Below are positions 1 to 14,134 of a stretch of DNA of 64,000 bases, piece after piece; position 1 is the first letter of the stretch, and every line of letters starts with the position of its first letter. The stretch lies in the NCBI RefSeq assembly GCF_963921235.1, contig NC_086108.1, positions 47,308,001 to 47,372,000 of the forward strand, read 5' to 3'. Below the pieces are notes generated by a model, which worked only from the letters and a program-made list of their open reading frames with translations, had not been told where the DNA came from and searched no databases. The stretch comes from Mobula hypostoma. Taxonomy: Eukaryota. The position numbers and the translations under genes were made by a program.

Positions 1-261
1 TCAAGCCATACACTTCAAGTTTTAACCTATTTATTTTAAATGATGGAGGGAGTATATTACATATTAAGTAGTGATATCTATTACTTTGTACCATAATTTT
101 AAATCATGCCTGATTAATTGGTTGACAATACTATTTAAGAAAATTAACATTTTGATTACTGATGGTAAAAGAAATTACAGAGAACCGACTTAAGTTTGTT
201 AACTCTGGTGTAACTTAAATGTCTTCTGAAGGTGTAGCAATAAAGTCTGGCATCAGTTCAT

Positions 262-533
262 TTAGTTGAGATACAGTGTGGAATAGGCCCTTCTGGCCCT
301 TCGAGCCACGCTGGCCACCAATCCCCCAATTTATCGGTAGCCTAACAACTGGATAATTTATAAATGACCAATCAACCAACCAATCGGTTCATCTTTGGAC
401 TGTGGGAGGAACCCGGAGCACCCGGATGAAACCCACGCGGTCCCGGGATGAACGTACAAATTCCTTACAGGCGGTGGCGGGAATTGAACCCGGGTCACCT
501 GTACTGTAAAGTGTTGTGCTAGCCACCACGCTA
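262..533 (-). mobile_element. tRNA-derived V-SINE (HE1-like)
   Basis: Minus strand has A/B-box-like head (gggttcaattcc) and V-SINE core gcgtgggtttcatccgggtgctccgggttcctcccacagtccaaaga; same family as 2605-2910. Confidence 0.8.
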
Positions 534-1359
534 AATGTTCTTCATCCCCGTGAACTGTCTGCTTACACATTTCCTTCTCTCTGATTATACTTTCCTTCCT
601 GATGAAGTGCTAGTACTCAGGCTTCTACTTCATAGCGTAACAGTGGTGAACGTGAACAAAAATGAGAATTTTATCAAGTCGTCCCTCCATTTCACTTCTT
701 TACACTGGCTCTTTTCCCTCTACAATCCCAGACTCCACCTGAAGTGTCTACCACTCCTTGTCTCCATGGAAGCTGCTTGGTTTGCCGAGTTCCTCCAGCA
801 GTTTATTTGTTGCTCCTGATTCCAGCATCTGCTGGGATCCTGCATTCCCTCATGGTGTCCAAAGAGCCAGCAGAGTACAGTTAGATTTCCCAGAATTTAC
901 GCTCGGAAATCTCCATACATAGCCTGCTCTTGGTTAGAGCTCTTGGTAAGTAGATCAATTTGTCTGCTTGATCAGAAAGAAAAATATTGCAGAAAGATAG
1001 ACATGTAGAAAGTGATTTACTTTTTATATAAATGAATCCAATGAATTTAAACATTTCTATTTTTAAGTGTGCTAAACATTTAGTGTTTAAATATTTTAAC
1101 ATTTGTGATTTTAATATTTTCACTTTTGTATTGTATTTATGACTTTGAGTATTTGTTAATATCAAAGTTTTTTTTACAGACTTTCAATCTGTGTAGCATC
1201 TGATGAGTGTGGTGGTAAAGGCCTCACGAGTTAGCAATGCAGAGCCTGCCTGTTACTGGACTTCACTACACATCTTTAATCAATTTGCCAGGGACACACT
1301 ACATCCAAGTATAAGAACTAATAGCTCTGGCTGGTTTACGATCAGAATAAATAAGAATA

Positions 1360-1887
1360 AAAGCCTACAAAAAGTAGTGGATACAGCCCTGTCCATCACA
1401 GGTAAAGCCCTCCCCACCATTGAGCACATCTGCACTGAGCCCTATCACAGGAAAGTAGCATCCATCATCAAGGACCCCCACCTCCAGGCCATGCTCTCCT
1501 CCTGCTGCAGGAAGGAGGTTCAGGAGCCCTAGGTTCCCACCTCCAGGTTCAGGAACAGTTATTAGCCCTCAGCCATCAAGCTCCTGAATCAGAGGGGATA
1601 ACCTCACTCACCCCAACCCTAAGCTGAATACCACAGCCTATGGTTCACTTTTAAGGACCCTACGATTCATTCTGAATACTATTTACTTATGTATCTGTTC
1701 TGATTATTTTGTTTTTCTTCTTGTATTTGCACAATTTATTGTCTTTTTCACATTGTTTGTCCATCTTTGTAGATATCCATTGATTCTATTGTGCTTCTTT
1801 GTATTTACTGTGAATGCCTGCAAAAAATGAATCATGGGTATTATGGTGACACATATGTACTTTGATAATAAATTTACTTTGAACTTT
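1360..1887 (+). mobile_element. Rex/Babar-like LINE 3' fragment
   Basis: LQKVVDTALSITGKALPTIEHI...KVASIIKDPH RT C-terminus, then 3' UTR ending aataaatttactttgaacttt; family recurs throughout the window. Confidence 0.7.
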
Positions 1888-2299
1888 AAGACTAAGATCC
1901 AGCTTAACACGATTGGCTGAAACTCTGCACTCTGTTTTTCAAGCAGGGCTTAATTCATGGGGTAATGCCTCTGCCTCATGAAAGCATGAAGTATTGGTAC
2001 AGTGGTACCTCAAAAGGCCCTCTGTTCAAAGATTTTATAAATAGCATTTTAGAAAAACACTTTCTGCAATCCAATTTATCCATTGTGATACTTATACCAG
2101 TATAGAAGCTTACTAGATGGGATTTTCCACTCCAAGAAATTGAGGTCTCGAATGTGGATGTGTTAGCTTCCATATCTCAAATGAAACAATGTCATAAGAT
2201 TGGAGTGTGGGAAAATTACCCTCTTCATATCATAATACTCAATTGTTGTATTTATTATACAAATGTAATGCAATAATTTCAATCTCCTGTGTCACTTAC

Positions 2300-2407
2300 A
2301 CGCTTAAAACTTGGTGCCAATGCTTTCTGCAGCGTTGGCAATGTAATCTGCACCAAAGCTTCCTGGAACAACTTCTTCCTGATCGTGCTGCTGTCGTGGT
2401 CGTATTG
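2300..2407 (-). CDS. NIBAN1: NIBAN1 coding exon ~12
   Basis: tctctctcccag|QYDHDSSTIRKKLFQEALVQITLPTLQKALAPSFKR|gtaagt; 108 nt, phase 0-0. Confidence 0.95.
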
Positions 2408-2604
2408 CTGGGAGAGAGAATATTTGAAATCTTTATTTGACCTCAAAATATGGCACACATAAACCAGGATTATAAACCAACTTAATAATACTCGTTTTAA
2501 ATATTAACACCTAAACTTTCATTCTACGTTAAAGATATCCCATTCTAAACAAAATCAATCACCATTATAAAGATTCTTTTAAAGATCTGTGTGAGGAAAT
2601 AAAG

Positions 2605-2910
2605 ATGGAAGGCAGAAGTAGCATAGTGGTTACCACAACGCTTCACAGTACCAGCAACCTGGTTTCAATTCCCGCTGCTGCCTGTAAGGAGTTTGTACGT
2701 TCTCCCATGACTGCGTGGGTTTCCTCAGGGTGCTCTGGTTTCCTCCCACAGTCCAAAGACATACCAATTGGTAGGTTAATTGGTCATTGTAAATTGTCCT
2801 GTGACTTGGCTAGGATTAAATTGGGAGATTGCTGGGTGGCTGGCTCGAAGGGCCGGCAGAGCCTACCCCGCACTGTATCTCAACAAATAGATAGATAAAT
2901 AAATAGATAA
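2605..2910 (+). mobile_element. tRNA-derived V-SINE (HE1-like)
   Basis: A box tagcatagtgg, B-box-like ggtttcaattccc, V core gagtttgtacgttctcc...gcgtgggtttcctc...cacagtccaaagac, (taga/taaa)n tail. Confidence 0.8.
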
Positions 2911-3357
2911 AATGGCTTGTGTGCCATCTGACACGTGGCATCTCTCCATGGGGTTTCCCTGGGTGAATCGCCCAGGCATTACGACCCCCATCTAGAAAAT
3001 TATGGGCGTAATTAAAATGGTGCAGGGAACAAGAAGATTAATAATTTAGTATTGGTCCCATGAATGTTTAAATGCCACCAGTTATAAATGAAGCAATAAC
3101 TCCGAGAAATCTCAAAACCATCTTAAAAGCCTTTGGTGTTGCAAATTAACCTCTAATTAACTCACTCCAACTTTGGGTACCTGATGTGCAAATAATGTTT
3201 TGCATTTATGATCCTACAGATCTGCATTTCAGGAAACTTTGAGCAAGATGACATTGTCACCATTTACATTCTCTGATTTCATAGATTACTCTGCAAATGA
3301 TTAATACAGGAACACTGGAACACCAACAGACAATTCAGCTCCTTAAGCCCATTCCAA

Positions 3358-3720
3358 TTATTAGATTAGATTTTTTATTAGATTATTAGATTCAACTTTA
3401 TCGTCATTGTGCCAAGTACAGATACAAAGCCAATGAAATGCAATTAGCATCTGACCAGAAGTGCAAAAGGATAGTATAATTTACAAAATAACTGCGAATA
3501 AAAAGTAAGTGCTACAGCACACAAATATAGTACTGAGACAGTACAATATGGGTGCAGTACTGCTTAGCACTGTGATGTGAGGTTCAACAGGGTCACAGCC
3601 TCAGGGAAGAAGCTTTTTCTGAGCCTGCTAGTGCGGGAGCGGAGACTCCTGTAGCGCCTACCGGATGGGAGGACAGTAAAAAGTCCATGATCCTTGATTA
3701 TGCTTTTCGCCCTGCCCAGG
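3358..3720 (-). mobile_element. Rex/Babar-like LINE 3' fragment
   Basis: LFTVLPSGRRYRSLRSRTSRLRKSFFPEAVTLLN C-terminus; (ctaat)n tail. Confidence 0.7.
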
Positions 3721-4273
3721 CAGCATTTATACATTCCATTGAAAATCTTACCCAACAAATATCACTTAGTCTTTTATTAGCCCTGTATCCACAATTCCAG
3801 GTTTCCATTACCCTGTGTTTTGAAAAAGTGCTTCTTGATTTTAGACCGGACCTTAATTTTACACCCAAATCTCGTTATAGATTCACCCACCGAATCACAA
3901 AATGTATCCATTTTTAAACACCTGCAAAGAGTTGCAGATATCGCTCAGCACATCATGGAAACCAACATCCCCTTCATGGACTCTGTTGACACTTCTCACT
4001 GCCTCGGTTAAAGCAGCTAGTGTAATCAAAGATCCCACCAACTGTGTCAGTCTCTCATCACTCCCCACCTCCCCGCCGCCCCATCAGGCAGACAATACGA
4101 AAAGCCTGAAAACACGTTACTACCAGGCTCAAGGACAGCTTCTAACCCACTGTAACAACACCATTGAATGACTCCCTGGTATGATAAAATGGACTTATGT
4201 ACTAACAATCCACCCATTGTGGCCTTGCACATTGCTGTCTACCTGCACTGCACTTCCTCTGTAACTCTATCAC

Positions 4274-4446
4274 AAACATCCCACCTCTCCCGGAAGTCTC
4301 CCGCACATTGATAGTGGCTCCCTGACGCCCGCAAATTATATACAATACCCAGGAAATCAATTTTTTTGAGAGCGAGCGAACAAGAGACGGGGGGGGGCGC
4401 GGGGAGAGAAGAGAGAGAAAGAAAGAGATGGAGAGAGGGAGGGAGA

Positions 4447-4504
<58 letters not shown>

Positions 4505-5078
4505 CAGATGTAGCAAGAAAGTGGCAGAGAGAGCATTCTGATTGGTCTCTCTTTGTGCTAAGTAGACCTATCACTTTTCTCTGTGGGCGGGCTTTACAGT
4601 CGACCTCTCTCTCTCTTTCATTGTCCATCAGTTCAGCTTAGTGTCCTGCAGCGCTATGGCAGTGTTCCAAAAAAAGAAAAGAAAATACGTACTTCACCCC
4701 AGACTACACTAAAGTGTACCCCTGCCTAATAGGGCTAAAAAAAAAGATGCCAAATTCTAATTGTGATGTAGAAAGGGCATTCAGCATGGTAAGTCACATT
4801 AAGACAGAATTCAGAAGTCAGCTGTCTCACAAAATACCTGTGAATCTGATGCCTTGCAAAATTAACAAATTCATTGACATAGACTGCTATGAGGTTTAGC
4901 CTTCCGGCAAAATGCTCAAATCTGCCAAGCAAGCCACATCACAGTGCAAGGAAAGTTTGCAAAAGAAATAGAAAAGCTATTTGCATTAGCATTTAGCTAT
5001 TAGCATTGAGGCTGCGGGGGGGGGGGGCGGGGGGAGCTGGGTGGTGTTAGCTCCCTGAAATGAGTTTTTGCAGGGTGG
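4274..5078 (+). mobile_element. Non-autonomous hAT DNA transposon relic, inserted in a LINE 3' UTR
   Basis: PNSNCDVERAFSMVSHIKTEFRSQL resembles the hAT C-terminal dimerisation motif; ends catcccacc.../...gggtgg; tatcac duplicated at 4268-4273 and 5079-5084. Confidence 0.65.
4404..4501. repeat. (GA)n / purine-rich microsatellite
   Basis: Direct reading of the sequence. Confidence 0.95.
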
Positions 5079-5799
5079 TATCACTTTATTTGGCACTCTG
5101 TTATTATTTACTTTGTACTTACTACCTCAATGCACTGTTGTAATGAATTGATCACTATGGACTGATGCCAAGGTTTACTGTACCTTTGACAATTATGAAC
5201 CAATTTAGTTTACTTAAGCTAATATTTTGAGTTCTGTCATACATCTAGTGATTCAAAACTTTATTTCTTCCATGGGCAAGTTTATTTCCTGAGTAACTGA
5301 TAAGCAGAAAAATATGTTGATTTTCAGCAACCTCTATTTTCTGCAGTTTCACGCTCTTTCTCTTTCCATCTCCCCTTGCTCCACTTATACATCCTCTCGA
5401 CAGATTAGCTCCACAGGTGAGCCTTCACCATTCTGGCCTGAAATATCGACAGCGTTTCTCTTCCACAGCTGCTCCCTGACCTAAGAAGTGAACTCCTTGA
5501 ATTTCTACAGCCCAATGTTTCCATCGGACAACAGCGTGTCGATCCTTCTAGTTTGCTGCCATCTGCAGGCTGGAGATACAATGGTCTACTTAGCAAACCA
5601 TGCACTGGGAGCCACCATTTGTGGCATCCCACCCATCAAAAACATAATCTCAGTGCTAAGCAGTTTACCTGATTAACTTATATTTTAATATAATTACATT
5701 CAATCAAATTTCAAAGTATGGCACAGCAATTGGAATCCATTTTAAACCATCTCTAATATTATTACAATTACAGAATTTGCCTCTTTATAACTGAGTTAC

Positions 5800-5910
5800 C
5801 TTTAAGACTCGCTGCTTAACCTTTTCAATGGAGGTTACGGTTTTTGACGTCTTGCTCGCCAGTGAATCAGACAACAGTTTTTCAAATGTGTAGATGGCAT
5901 TGTCCATCAG
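5800..5910 (-). CDS. NIBAN1: NIBAN1 coding exon ~11
   Basis: ttttcctcag|LMDNAIYTFEKLLSDSLASKTSKTVTSIEKVKQRVLK|gtaact; 111 nt, phase 0-0. Confidence 0.95.
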
Positions 5911-6010
5911 CTGAGGAAAATATTCAAATCAAGGAAAAATTAAATAGGAATCAAAGTTAAGCTGCTCATTTTATAACTACCATGGATATTAGAAACATAA
6001 TATAGTACAT

Positions 6011-6367
6011 AACATAAGAACATAAGAAATAGGAGCAGGAGTAGGCCATCCGGCCCATCGAGCCTGCCCCACCATTCAATAAGATCATGGCTGACCCGTC
6101 TGTAAACTCAGCTTCATCTACCTGCCTTTTCCCCATAACCCAGAATTCCCCTACTATGTAAAAATCTATCTAACTGTATCTTAAATATATTTAGTGAAGA
6201 AGCCTCAACTACTTCCCTGGGCAGAGAATTCCACAGATTCACCACTCTCTGGGAAAAACAGTTTCTCCTCATCTCTGTCCTAAATCTTCTCCCCTGAATC
6301 TTGAGGCAATGTCCCTCGTTCTAGCCTCACCTACCAATGGAAACAACTTTCCTACTTCTATCTTATC
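6011..6367 (-). mobile_element. CR1 LINE 3' fragment
   Basis: (cataagaa)2 8-bp tail, CR1 3' UTR, and FSQRVVNLWNSLP in the reverse frame. Confidence 0.85.
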
Positions 6368-7292
6368 TATTAAATTTTTAGGTGCAAGCAGGAGGCATGG
6401 AACTGTGTAAACTGAAGAATGGCAATATGAAAGTTATTCTTTATTCTCCTGCTAACACCTAGGTGTCTACGCAATTATGAACCACTTCCATGTTTACTTA
6501 CCCTGGCTGAATAAGGGTAACCAGTTTTGAAATTTAGTTCCACCAGGCTAAACTTTCTGCTCTAAATCGTCAAAGCCATGTTCAAAACAATATCGTTTCA
6601 TGGTCTTCTTGCCCTCTATTGCTGAAACTCTGTCTTTCTCCTATCCCCTCCAAATTGACCTTCCATTTATAAATCAAGACAATGCAAAAACCTGCAACCT
6701 AATTACTCTCCTTCAAAAGGACTTATTATTTCCATTCCTTCCCCACTCCCCAGGCCCCTGAAAAGCAAATTCAAGATCCACAATATTCTTCAAAATCCTC
6801 TCCACACCATATTTGTGTAACTTGTACTTCCATCTGTTCTATTTATTCCAGGTTGCCGACTATCTATGGAGGTTCTTCTTTCAAATCAAATTTACTTTGC
6901 CTTGCTATCGCTCTCACTCTGATTACAAAAGTCTCTTAAAAAGTTCTTTTCAATGATGCTGTCTTCACTGAAGTTATGGGGGCAGTAACAGGAATGCTAC
7001 AATGGAGACTTTGATACCTTTTATTATAAAAGGAAATCATAGAATATGATTCTGCTGATGCAGGAAATACCATTGGCAAATGTGTCATGTTCCATAGCAT
7101 GCAGATATCTGAACAGCCCCCAGTATTACTGAAGCTAATACGATGTATCAGAATCAATTTTAAAAGACTTATGTTCTCTTTGGGTTACGGAGAATAATTA
7201 TTGACAGATTTCATACAACTGAAGTAGATTATGAAAGAAACTTTTTGGAAACCTGATAGTGCTCAAGGGTTATAAACCCTTTTGTTACAAAC

Positions 7293-7454
7293 CTCTTGCA
7301 TGAAGTTTTGAGTCGTTTGAACAAGCCACAGTGTATTGGTGAACTTGAAACGGTTTTTCAACTCCTGCAGCTGGTCTTGAAGAGGGCTGACTTTATTATA
7401 GCAAGGCTGCATCTTCACAGCATTGAAAGGAAGTTTCATTATCTGGGCTAGGCC
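7293..7454 (-). CDS. NIBAN1: NIBAN1 coding exon ~10
   Basis: cttttcctcag|GLAQIMKLPFNAVKMQPCYNKVSPLQDQLQELKNRFKFTNTLWLVQTTQNFMQE|gtttgt; 162 nt, phase 0-0. Confidence 0.94.
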
Positions 7455-8983
7455 CTGAGGAAAAGAGAGTCAACCAGTAACTGTACAGGAAGCACCATAA
7501 AAAGATTGAGGCTCTTGATAGTAAACAGAAAGCTTTAGAACAAATGTCAGATAAGCAGGGGGTGACCAATCTGCCCCTCATACCTGCACTGCTAGTCAGT
7601 AAGATCATGACTGATTGTTTACTTTAATATAACTTTATTGTCCAAACCCCGGTCCTTTGATCACTTAATGTCTAAAATCTATTGATCCCTTTCTTGATCA
7701 TCCCATTACTAAGCCTCCACATATGACCCCCTTGGATGGAGAATTCCAGAGACTAATCTCTGGTAAAGAAACTTCATGTCACCTCAGTCCTGATTGACTG
7801 GATTGATTCTGAACAACTATTAAGTTCAAAAGAGCTTGAGTAGTTTTATACTTAACTGTGACCATGCCCATTGTCAAATGTTCCCAACAATCTGAGAATC
7901 TGAATATCAAAATGGCAGGTTAGGAAAACAGAAAGTTTAAAATTAGGAGCAGGGTTAGGAATGGGCCACCTGAGCCTCTTAGACAGTTCAAATGTAAATC
8001 AAAGTTATGTCTGATTTTCTATCTCAGTGCCTCCTACAATAACCTCAGAACTACCAGGAAAATACTCACTAATTGAACCTATAGCAAAAGGATTGTTACA
8101 AAATTAAGGTCCGGTGTAAGGAAGCGCTTTTTCAAAACTCAGGGTAATGGAAGGCTGAAATTGTGGACATAGGGCTAATACAAGACTAAGTGATATTTGT
8201 TGGTTAAGATTTTCAATGGAATGTATACAGAATTCCAAATACCTACTACCCTTTGGATGAAAAAATTTCTTCTCTTTGTCCTAGCTGGCCAATCCTTTAT
8301 TTTCAGACAATGACCCACTGATTCTGGAAACCCTAGCCAAAGAAAACACCATTCCTGCAACTACTCTGTCAAGTGTTGTAAGAAATTTCTATATTTCAAT
8401 GAAATTATTTCTCTTTCTTCTAAACTAGGGGCAGCCAAACACAGAAATGGCATATTTATTCTCACTTTCTGTTTTTGTCCATAACTCACAGTCCAAGCTA
8501 GTACATTATCTACAATGTTGTGAATGGCCCTGTATAGGCTACAGAGTCAGATATACTCTGCTCATTACAGTTTTAAGAAGTGCCAACAGATGTGTAAAAC
8601 AAGATTTCATTTTCATGAATGCAAGTTGACTAATTCTAATCCTAATATCATGTGTCCTTGCATAATAATAGATTCCTGCAATGTCCCTGCTAGTGAGATC
8701 AGGAGAAAGAGTCCATTGTTCCTAGCTTTCTTCAATGGTGGGGTTGCAGCCCTGTGCTACAAGGCTGCCTGGCATGTGAACCAGCCAGGCACAGTTCAGT
8801 ATCCTTCTTTTACATGCAACTGAATTGATAGTTAATGAAACTAGTAACAGTATAGAACAACTTCAGAAGGTGTCTGTGGGAAGTGGGGTGGTGAAAGTGA
8901 TAATGCAGCTGGAAATGCAAGTAAACTTCTATGGAAACCCAGGGCATGGAGGAAATGGGAGAAATTCACATGAAAATGTTTAC

Positions 8984-9171
8984 CTCCTTCAGTTTTTCTT
9001 CATCGTCAGCATTCTGATATTTTGGGCTCAACTCATTGACCTCAGCTTCAAAGAGGGCGCGGACTTCGCTGAACCCTGAACTGATCAGCCCCATCAGCTC
9101 CTCCAGTACAGAAGCCAGGTAGGGTTGGATGTTCTCAACACAGCACTGCTCAGCCGCTTCAGTCACCGTCG
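8984..9171 (-). CDS. NIBAN1: NIBAN1 coding exon ~9
   Basis: ctttgtttcag|(A)TVTEAAEQCCVENIQPYLASVLEELMGLISSGFSEVRALFEAEVNELSPKYQNADDEEKLKE|gtaaac; 188 nt, phase 1-0. Confidence 0.95.
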
Positions 9172-11687
9172 CTGAAACAAAGAGTCTCTCAAATTCAGTA
9201 ACTGTGCACCGTGTTTTGTTCATTTGTAAATATTCTCTCTCTGGGATTTTCAACCCTTTCTCAAAACACACAATGTTACTGGAAACATCTGACTGATAAA
9301 GCATGAGTCATTGCCTGTACAATAATTTCTTTTCTCCAAGACTCTTCCAAAGGAAGAACTCACAATTAGATAATATGAGTTAACACTATTAGATCATTTT
9401 AATGCTAATAGTTATTCCCTGTAGACCTGTACTAATAGAAATATAAATTTACTGTTTTTTTATTTTTTCCCAAGCCCTGCATCAATCCCAACTCATTTTA
9501 TTTCCCCGATCTTTACTCATGGCTCTGATCTGTTCACTGGGAAATAAAGAGAAGTTACTCATTCTTGGATCATCTCTGTCTTTGCACAATCATTTTGTCC
9601 CTGCTCCGCACTTCTTCTGAGCTGGACCACTGTGACCACAGGCTGCTGACTGACTAATCGAAGCTGAATGTGCTGGAACATCATTCTTTGTCACAATAAA
9701 TACCCAAAGAACAGTTATCTTAAAAACCATCAATTATAACTATTGGCTATTTCTGAAATTGCTAAGTAGTCAAGCAAACAGTAAACTATCTCTATGCTGT
9801 TGAGGACGAGACATAAAATTTGGTTTCTATTACTCAGAGTGTAATAATGAAACAGTTTACCTGAGACAATCACAAAACTAAACTTCAATATCGGATTTAA
9901 GGATAAGAAGTATTTTTAATATGAATGAATATTCTATAGCATTTTGATACAGACAAGAGATCAGTCCCAAAATGAAGGTAAGTGTAGACACCTGCCAGTG
10001 GAGCTACGTCAGAGGACGAACAGAAGCACTTAACACCTCAGTTGCCAGGAGAAAGTTCACTGGGTTAATTTTAGGATACTCAGCATTAAACAGTGGAAAC
10101 ATGAAAGCTGACAGGGAAGATACAGCTTTGGACAGCAGCTCCAACACCTACAAGAAGGGTAATGGAGTAATCGCCACTTGACTAGATGAGTCCAGAAAAC
10201 TCATAGCTATCCAGGACAAAGCCAATTCCCTGATTAGCACAGCATCCAATCTGTGACCATAATGATCCACTCTCTAAATCACTGGCAAACTGCAGCTGCA
10301 GCAAATAGCATCAACAAGACTATTTTCAACTACACCCTGCCCCAACCCACAATCTCCACTGCCTGGGGGACATGGACCATTGGCACCGTAGCAAACGTGC
10401 ACCGCCCCCGCTACCCCACCGCACCCTGACTTGGAATCATTTTGTTTATCTGAGTGAAAATAGTGACATTTCAGCAACATGGGAGTGTCCTTGCTAAGTA
10501 GGCTGCAGACATTTTTTGTCATTTTCTTGAGGGTATTAAAGTCCGGATAAAAGAACCTGATAAACCCTACTGAGATTCAATCGAGTTCATTCTGCATTTC
10601 TTACTTCGTTAAAGATGACCATTGCCAACAGGTGAGCTAGAATCCTGCAACCTGTCCTTCTCCACTACATAGAACATTACTGCACAGTGCAGGTCTTACG
10701 GCCCATGATGTTGTGCAAAACTTGTAACGTACTCTAGGATCAATTTAACCCTTCCCTCCTACGTAGCCCTCCATTGATCTATTGTCCATGTGCCTAGCTG
10801 AGAGTTTTTAAAATGCCCCTAATGTATCTGCCTCTACAGTCTGTTGAAAACAGAATATAACCCTACGTTTATCTAACTGGTTTCATTCCAGTATGGTAAG
10901 AAAGCCAACATGAAAATCCAGAGTTTGTTAAGACAGATTCTTCCATCTCTGGGCAGAGCGTGCCAAACTATATAACTAAGTGATATAAACCTCTGTTAAT
11001 CAAATGTAGAATAGTAACAATGGCCATGGGGGAAGAACGTTACTAGATTGCTGAAGTAATCAATATCGAATAGGCTCAAGGGCTGTATGGTTTATTGCTG
11101 TCCTTATATTCCCAAATTATTCCTTCTTTCTTATTTAAGAGGTTAAATTGATAAGAGAATGGAATGAGACCTTCTAGACAGGTTCATATTTGAATCAGAA
11201 TCCTTTATTATTGCCAAGTATGTGGACACATACAGGGAATTTGATGCCAGTTTCCCTGAGCGCTCGCTGTACAGAATCAAAAAGCAAACAAAACAATAGT
11301 GCAAGTAATTGTGAATATATACAGTGAGGTATACCTGAGTATGTACAGGTGGATTTGGTTTATTTGGTGCGAATAGTCATTAAGGTGAGTATAAAACAGG
11401 TGTTCACCAGGCTCAGATTTATCAAAGGTTTTAGTAAAGGTTGCTCCATATGCAATCAGTGCTGAATTAATTAACTACCAATGCAGCAGGTCACAAATCA
11501 GCTTTCAAGGTTTGATTAATGTTTCTGAATTCTGCTTTAGTCAGGGAGAAGTTTCACTTCTTTTTCAGCTTTGCATTTTATTATCAGCTTCCCTCATTAG
11601 AGTGGGTGTGTTGGGAAGATTACATTACCTACAATGATAGGTTGAGTGTCAGGTGGACAGTGTGTGGGTTTGTTTCCCTAGATTCAC

Positions 11688-11850
11688 CTTTAAGTTTTCC
11701 AGCTGTGAATTCCTTTGAAGCAATGATCTGATCCATATCCGAGCGAATTATCCCCTCTAGTTTCTTGCTGGATTTTTGGCATTCGTCATGCAGGGATTGC
11801 AAACGATCAGTCAGATGGGTTTGTACTAAATTGTAAGCATCTTCCACAAT
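11688..11850 (-). CDS. NIBAN1: NIBAN1 coding exon ~8
   Basis: cttattacag|IVEDAYNLVQTHLTDRLQSLHDECQKSSKKLEGIIRSDMDQIIASKEFTAGKLK+g|gtgaat; 163 nt, phase 0-1; IRSDMDQI motif. Confidence 0.95.
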
Positions 11851-12879
11851 CTGTAATAAGAAAAAACACCAAAGCTTTTCCACCAAATTATCAAAAGTGT
11901 CCCTGGAAAATGAGGTACAGTTGAGCATTGCTAATATGTGGGTTGGAAAGATTGGATAAAATGTTTCTTCAGCATGTAGTGGGCTCAGGTTTTTAGACTG
12001 CCAAGAATCAACATGTAAACTTGAATGTTGACAGTCTTCATACAGCTACAACTTTATCACCGTTACTCTTCATCCAAAATTTAAGTTACTGTGGCGTCTT
12101 AAATTTCAGATGCTTTGGGAAAAAATAGCACCCGTGGATGCTAAAGATCTGAAATTAAAACACATAAAATTCTGCAAACACTCAGTGAGTCAGACCAAGT
12201 CTGTGAGAAGAGAAACAGGATTAACATTTCCGGTTCCAGACCCTTCATCATCACCGACTTGGATATGCAGAGTTAACTCTGTTTCTCTTTTCACAGATGC
12301 TGCCCGACCAGATGAACGTTTCTGGCGTTTTCTGTTTTGACTTAAGATGCTTTATAATAGTACTCCATCCACTAACTCAGGACATTTTTGTTTATGAATG
12401 CAGTTCATGTGGACTTCTGGAGATATTTGGCAATGTTCCACACAGAAAGGGATTTCTGCACATTTACTTACAGTTTGGATCTAGAGCTTGATTTAAATGG
12501 TTGTTTAAATGGGGGAAAATGTTAACCTGAAACAAATTAATTCATACAAATAAAACACAGAGATCCATATATTAGAAAAACACATCTGTATAATATATTA
12601 ATTGGCTTCCACACTAAACATGCTTCATCCTGCTCAAAGTGCAAACTAACGTATTTTGAAACACTAAATTCCACTCCGATCACTTCCCTCCTTCCTGATT
12701 TACACTGGTACTTTTTCCCCTCAGCATGCTGAGTTTTAAATGTTCGGGGAAATGAAGCTAATTGAAAAGACCCTTGTCTCCATAACCATGCTGCTCCTGT
12801 GTTCTCCTAAACATTTTGTGAAGAGATCTCCTTCCTTGCATTACTGAGTATTCAGGACTCTGATGATCTTTTTGGGAGT

Positions 12880-13423
12880 GATGACTGTAAACATCACAGA
12901 TAAGCACCCCCTCCCCCCAGCCATTGAGCACAACTGCACAAAACACTATCTCAGGAAAGCAGCATCCATCATCAGGGACCCCCACCACCCAGGACATGCC
13001 CTCTTCTCACTGCTGCCATCAGGAAGAAGTTACAGAGGCCTCAGTATCCATACCACCAGGTTCAGGAACAATAACTGCCCTCAAACACCAGGCTCTTGAA
13101 CCTAGCTTCACTCAACCTCACTCGCTACATCACTGAATGGTTCCCACAACCTACGGGCTCACTTTCAAGGACACTTCATTTCGCATTCTCAATATTTATT
13201 GATTCTTTATTTATTATTGTTGTTTATTGCTTTTTATTTTGTATTTGCACAGTTGTAGAAAGGTGCACTGTCTTTTGCCTCATTGATTGTCTGCCCTATT
13301 GGGAATGTTCTTTCATTGATTCTATTGTATTTCTTATATTTATTGTGTATGCCCACAAGAAAACAAAGCCCAGGGTTGTATTTGGTGACAAATATGTACT
13401 TAGATAGATTTACTTTGAATTTT
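12880..13423 (+). mobile_element. Rex/Babar-like LINE 3' fragment
   Basis: RKAASIIRDPHHPGHALFSLLPSGRSYR motif and the same 3' UTR as 1360-1887. Confidence 0.7.
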
Positions 13424-14029
13424 GATCAGCTGAGTGGCCTAATTCTGCTCCTATGTTTTATAGTCATATGCCATGGCTCACTTTACATTTATTTCATGAA
13501 GCAATGAATTAAATTCCCTGTCAGAAATCTGAGCACAAAATTCTTGGCTGACATTTCAGTATAGCATTTAGGGAATACAAGGCTGTCAAGAGTCATTTTT
13601 AAGACGATACATTAAAGCAAGTTCCTTCTATTCTCTCACGTGAATAATACTGTATTACTTTGAAGAGCAATAGGTTATTGCCAGTGTCAAGGCCAATATA
13701 TATTTATTGCATGATCAACATTATATAAGATAAGCTTGCTCTGCAGAATCTGCTTGTTGCACCTTTTCATTGGTAGTTGGGTGTCATTACGCACTTAATA
13801 AATGCAAATACAGTCACTCATGCAGCAGAAGGTGTTGGACTTATTTGCAGCAGATCCTGCTGCTAGAACAAAAATAACCTCTCATCTTCTGTAGAAAAAT
13901 GAACTGTAATTTTAAGGGTATGCTTAAGGATTTGTTTTTCTGGTTGTTGATACTGTGCTCACACTGCTCACTTGTTGCACTGCATTTAATCCGACTCCAG
14001 TACTGTGAAATTTACAGCTAGGTACGTAC

Positions 14030-14134
14030 ACTGAACCAGACTTTCTTCCTTTCATTCTTTTTCCCCTTCAGTTTTGGCAAGAGATCACTCTGCAGGGTAG
14101 GCAACAATTCTTCCATCACCAGGTTGCTTAGGAT
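14030..14134 (-). CDS. NIBAN1: NIBAN1 coding exon ~7
   Basis: ttcctcttgtag|ILSNLVMEELLPTLQSDLLPKLKGKKNERKKVWFS|gtacgt; 105 nt, phase 0-0. Confidence 0.95.

Noticed and set aside
1..2299. Searched for NIBAN1 exon 13 (ELQKYEQFIFAD-like)
   Set aside because: No matching frame found; it probably lies before position 1.
4202..4641. ORFs rich in LS or RE dipeptides
   Set aside because: Translations of the (GA)n microsatellite.
9972..10181. Plus-strand ORF segment SYVRGRTEA resembling the NIBAN1 N-terminus (AYIRGKTEA)
   Set aside because: Only about 9-14 residues, wrong strand and position, similarity does not extend; consistent with chance.
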